From positions 1 to 64,000 of the forward strand of contig CAVYAN010000101.1 in the NCBI GenBank assembly GCA_963766075.1: a DNA stretch of 64,000 bases, read 5' to 3'. How positions within the stretch are numbered: the stretch's first letter is position 1; every line of letters starts with the position of its first letter. Shown one piece after another: positions 63,720-64,000 of the stretch. A program made the translations under genes and the position numbers. The notes under the pieces are model-generated. The model saw only the letters and a list, made by a program, of their open reading frames with translations. It was not told the origin of the DNA and did no database searches. Origin of the DNA: an uncultured cyanobacterium (GTDB taxonomy: Bacteria > Cyanobacteriota > Cyanobacteriia > Leptolyngbyales > Leptolyngbyaceae).

Positions 63720-64000
63720 GGGCTTTTCCCGGATTGATTTCTGAGCTACACACGCCTAAATTCGATTAGCGTAGATCCTGCTGCTGCTTTATTTGAGGGT
63801 AGTCTTGATTCCTCTGCAATCAGCCCCCGGCAATCAGTATGAATGCCGGGGGCCATAGTTTTGCTCAAATTGGCCGAGTTGCGGAGTTGTCTTTCTAGAG
63901 ACTCTGGCTTCCTGTTGTCGTTGGCCAGCAGAAGTTTCATCTAATCTTCAATAGCCACAACGATGGCATCAATCCGACGCCGTAGTTTTACTGAGCCTTT

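Noticed and set aside
63746..64000. Minus-strand ORF 63746-63940 and a possible gene end at 63941
   Set aside because: Too short or truncated by the window edge to assign.

Overview
Cyanobacterial chromosome segment, judged from abundant HIP1 GCGATCGC octamers and from psbZ, ndhP and pentapeptide, Uma2 and PEP-CTERM genes. The first ~17 kb is accessory. It holds an IS630 element, a truncated GIY-YIG-like gene, and a PIN toxin-antitoxin pair followed by an attC-like site. Next comes a translationally coupled minus-strand operon: stand-alone PqqD/RRE protein, ATP-grasp ligase, non-canonical LysA-fold PLP decarboxylase, and a urea-transporter-like/M23 peptidase fusion. This operon sits next to a Spy/CpxP gene and a CusR/CopR-like two-component system, and two promoters share a cop-box-like operator. 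After avtA come a second TA pair and an AT-rich, HIP1-free 1.4 kaa NACHT-type NTPase with a C-terminal nuclease-like domain. The rest is mostly core genes (ribH, psbZ, tRNA nucleotidyltransferase, dnaJ-like, pgi, secG, gpmI, ABC-F, ndhP, queG, acnB, thiD, thrS) with many short tandem duplications and REP-like palindromes. Several genes, including pgi, are split by small frameshifts, so the assembly probably has indel errors. The best novel-system candidate is the RRE/ATP-grasp/decarboxylase/UT-M23 operon, whose decarboxylase begins with an RRE-leader-like YxxPxI motif. All product calls come from motif recognition by eye, not database searches.
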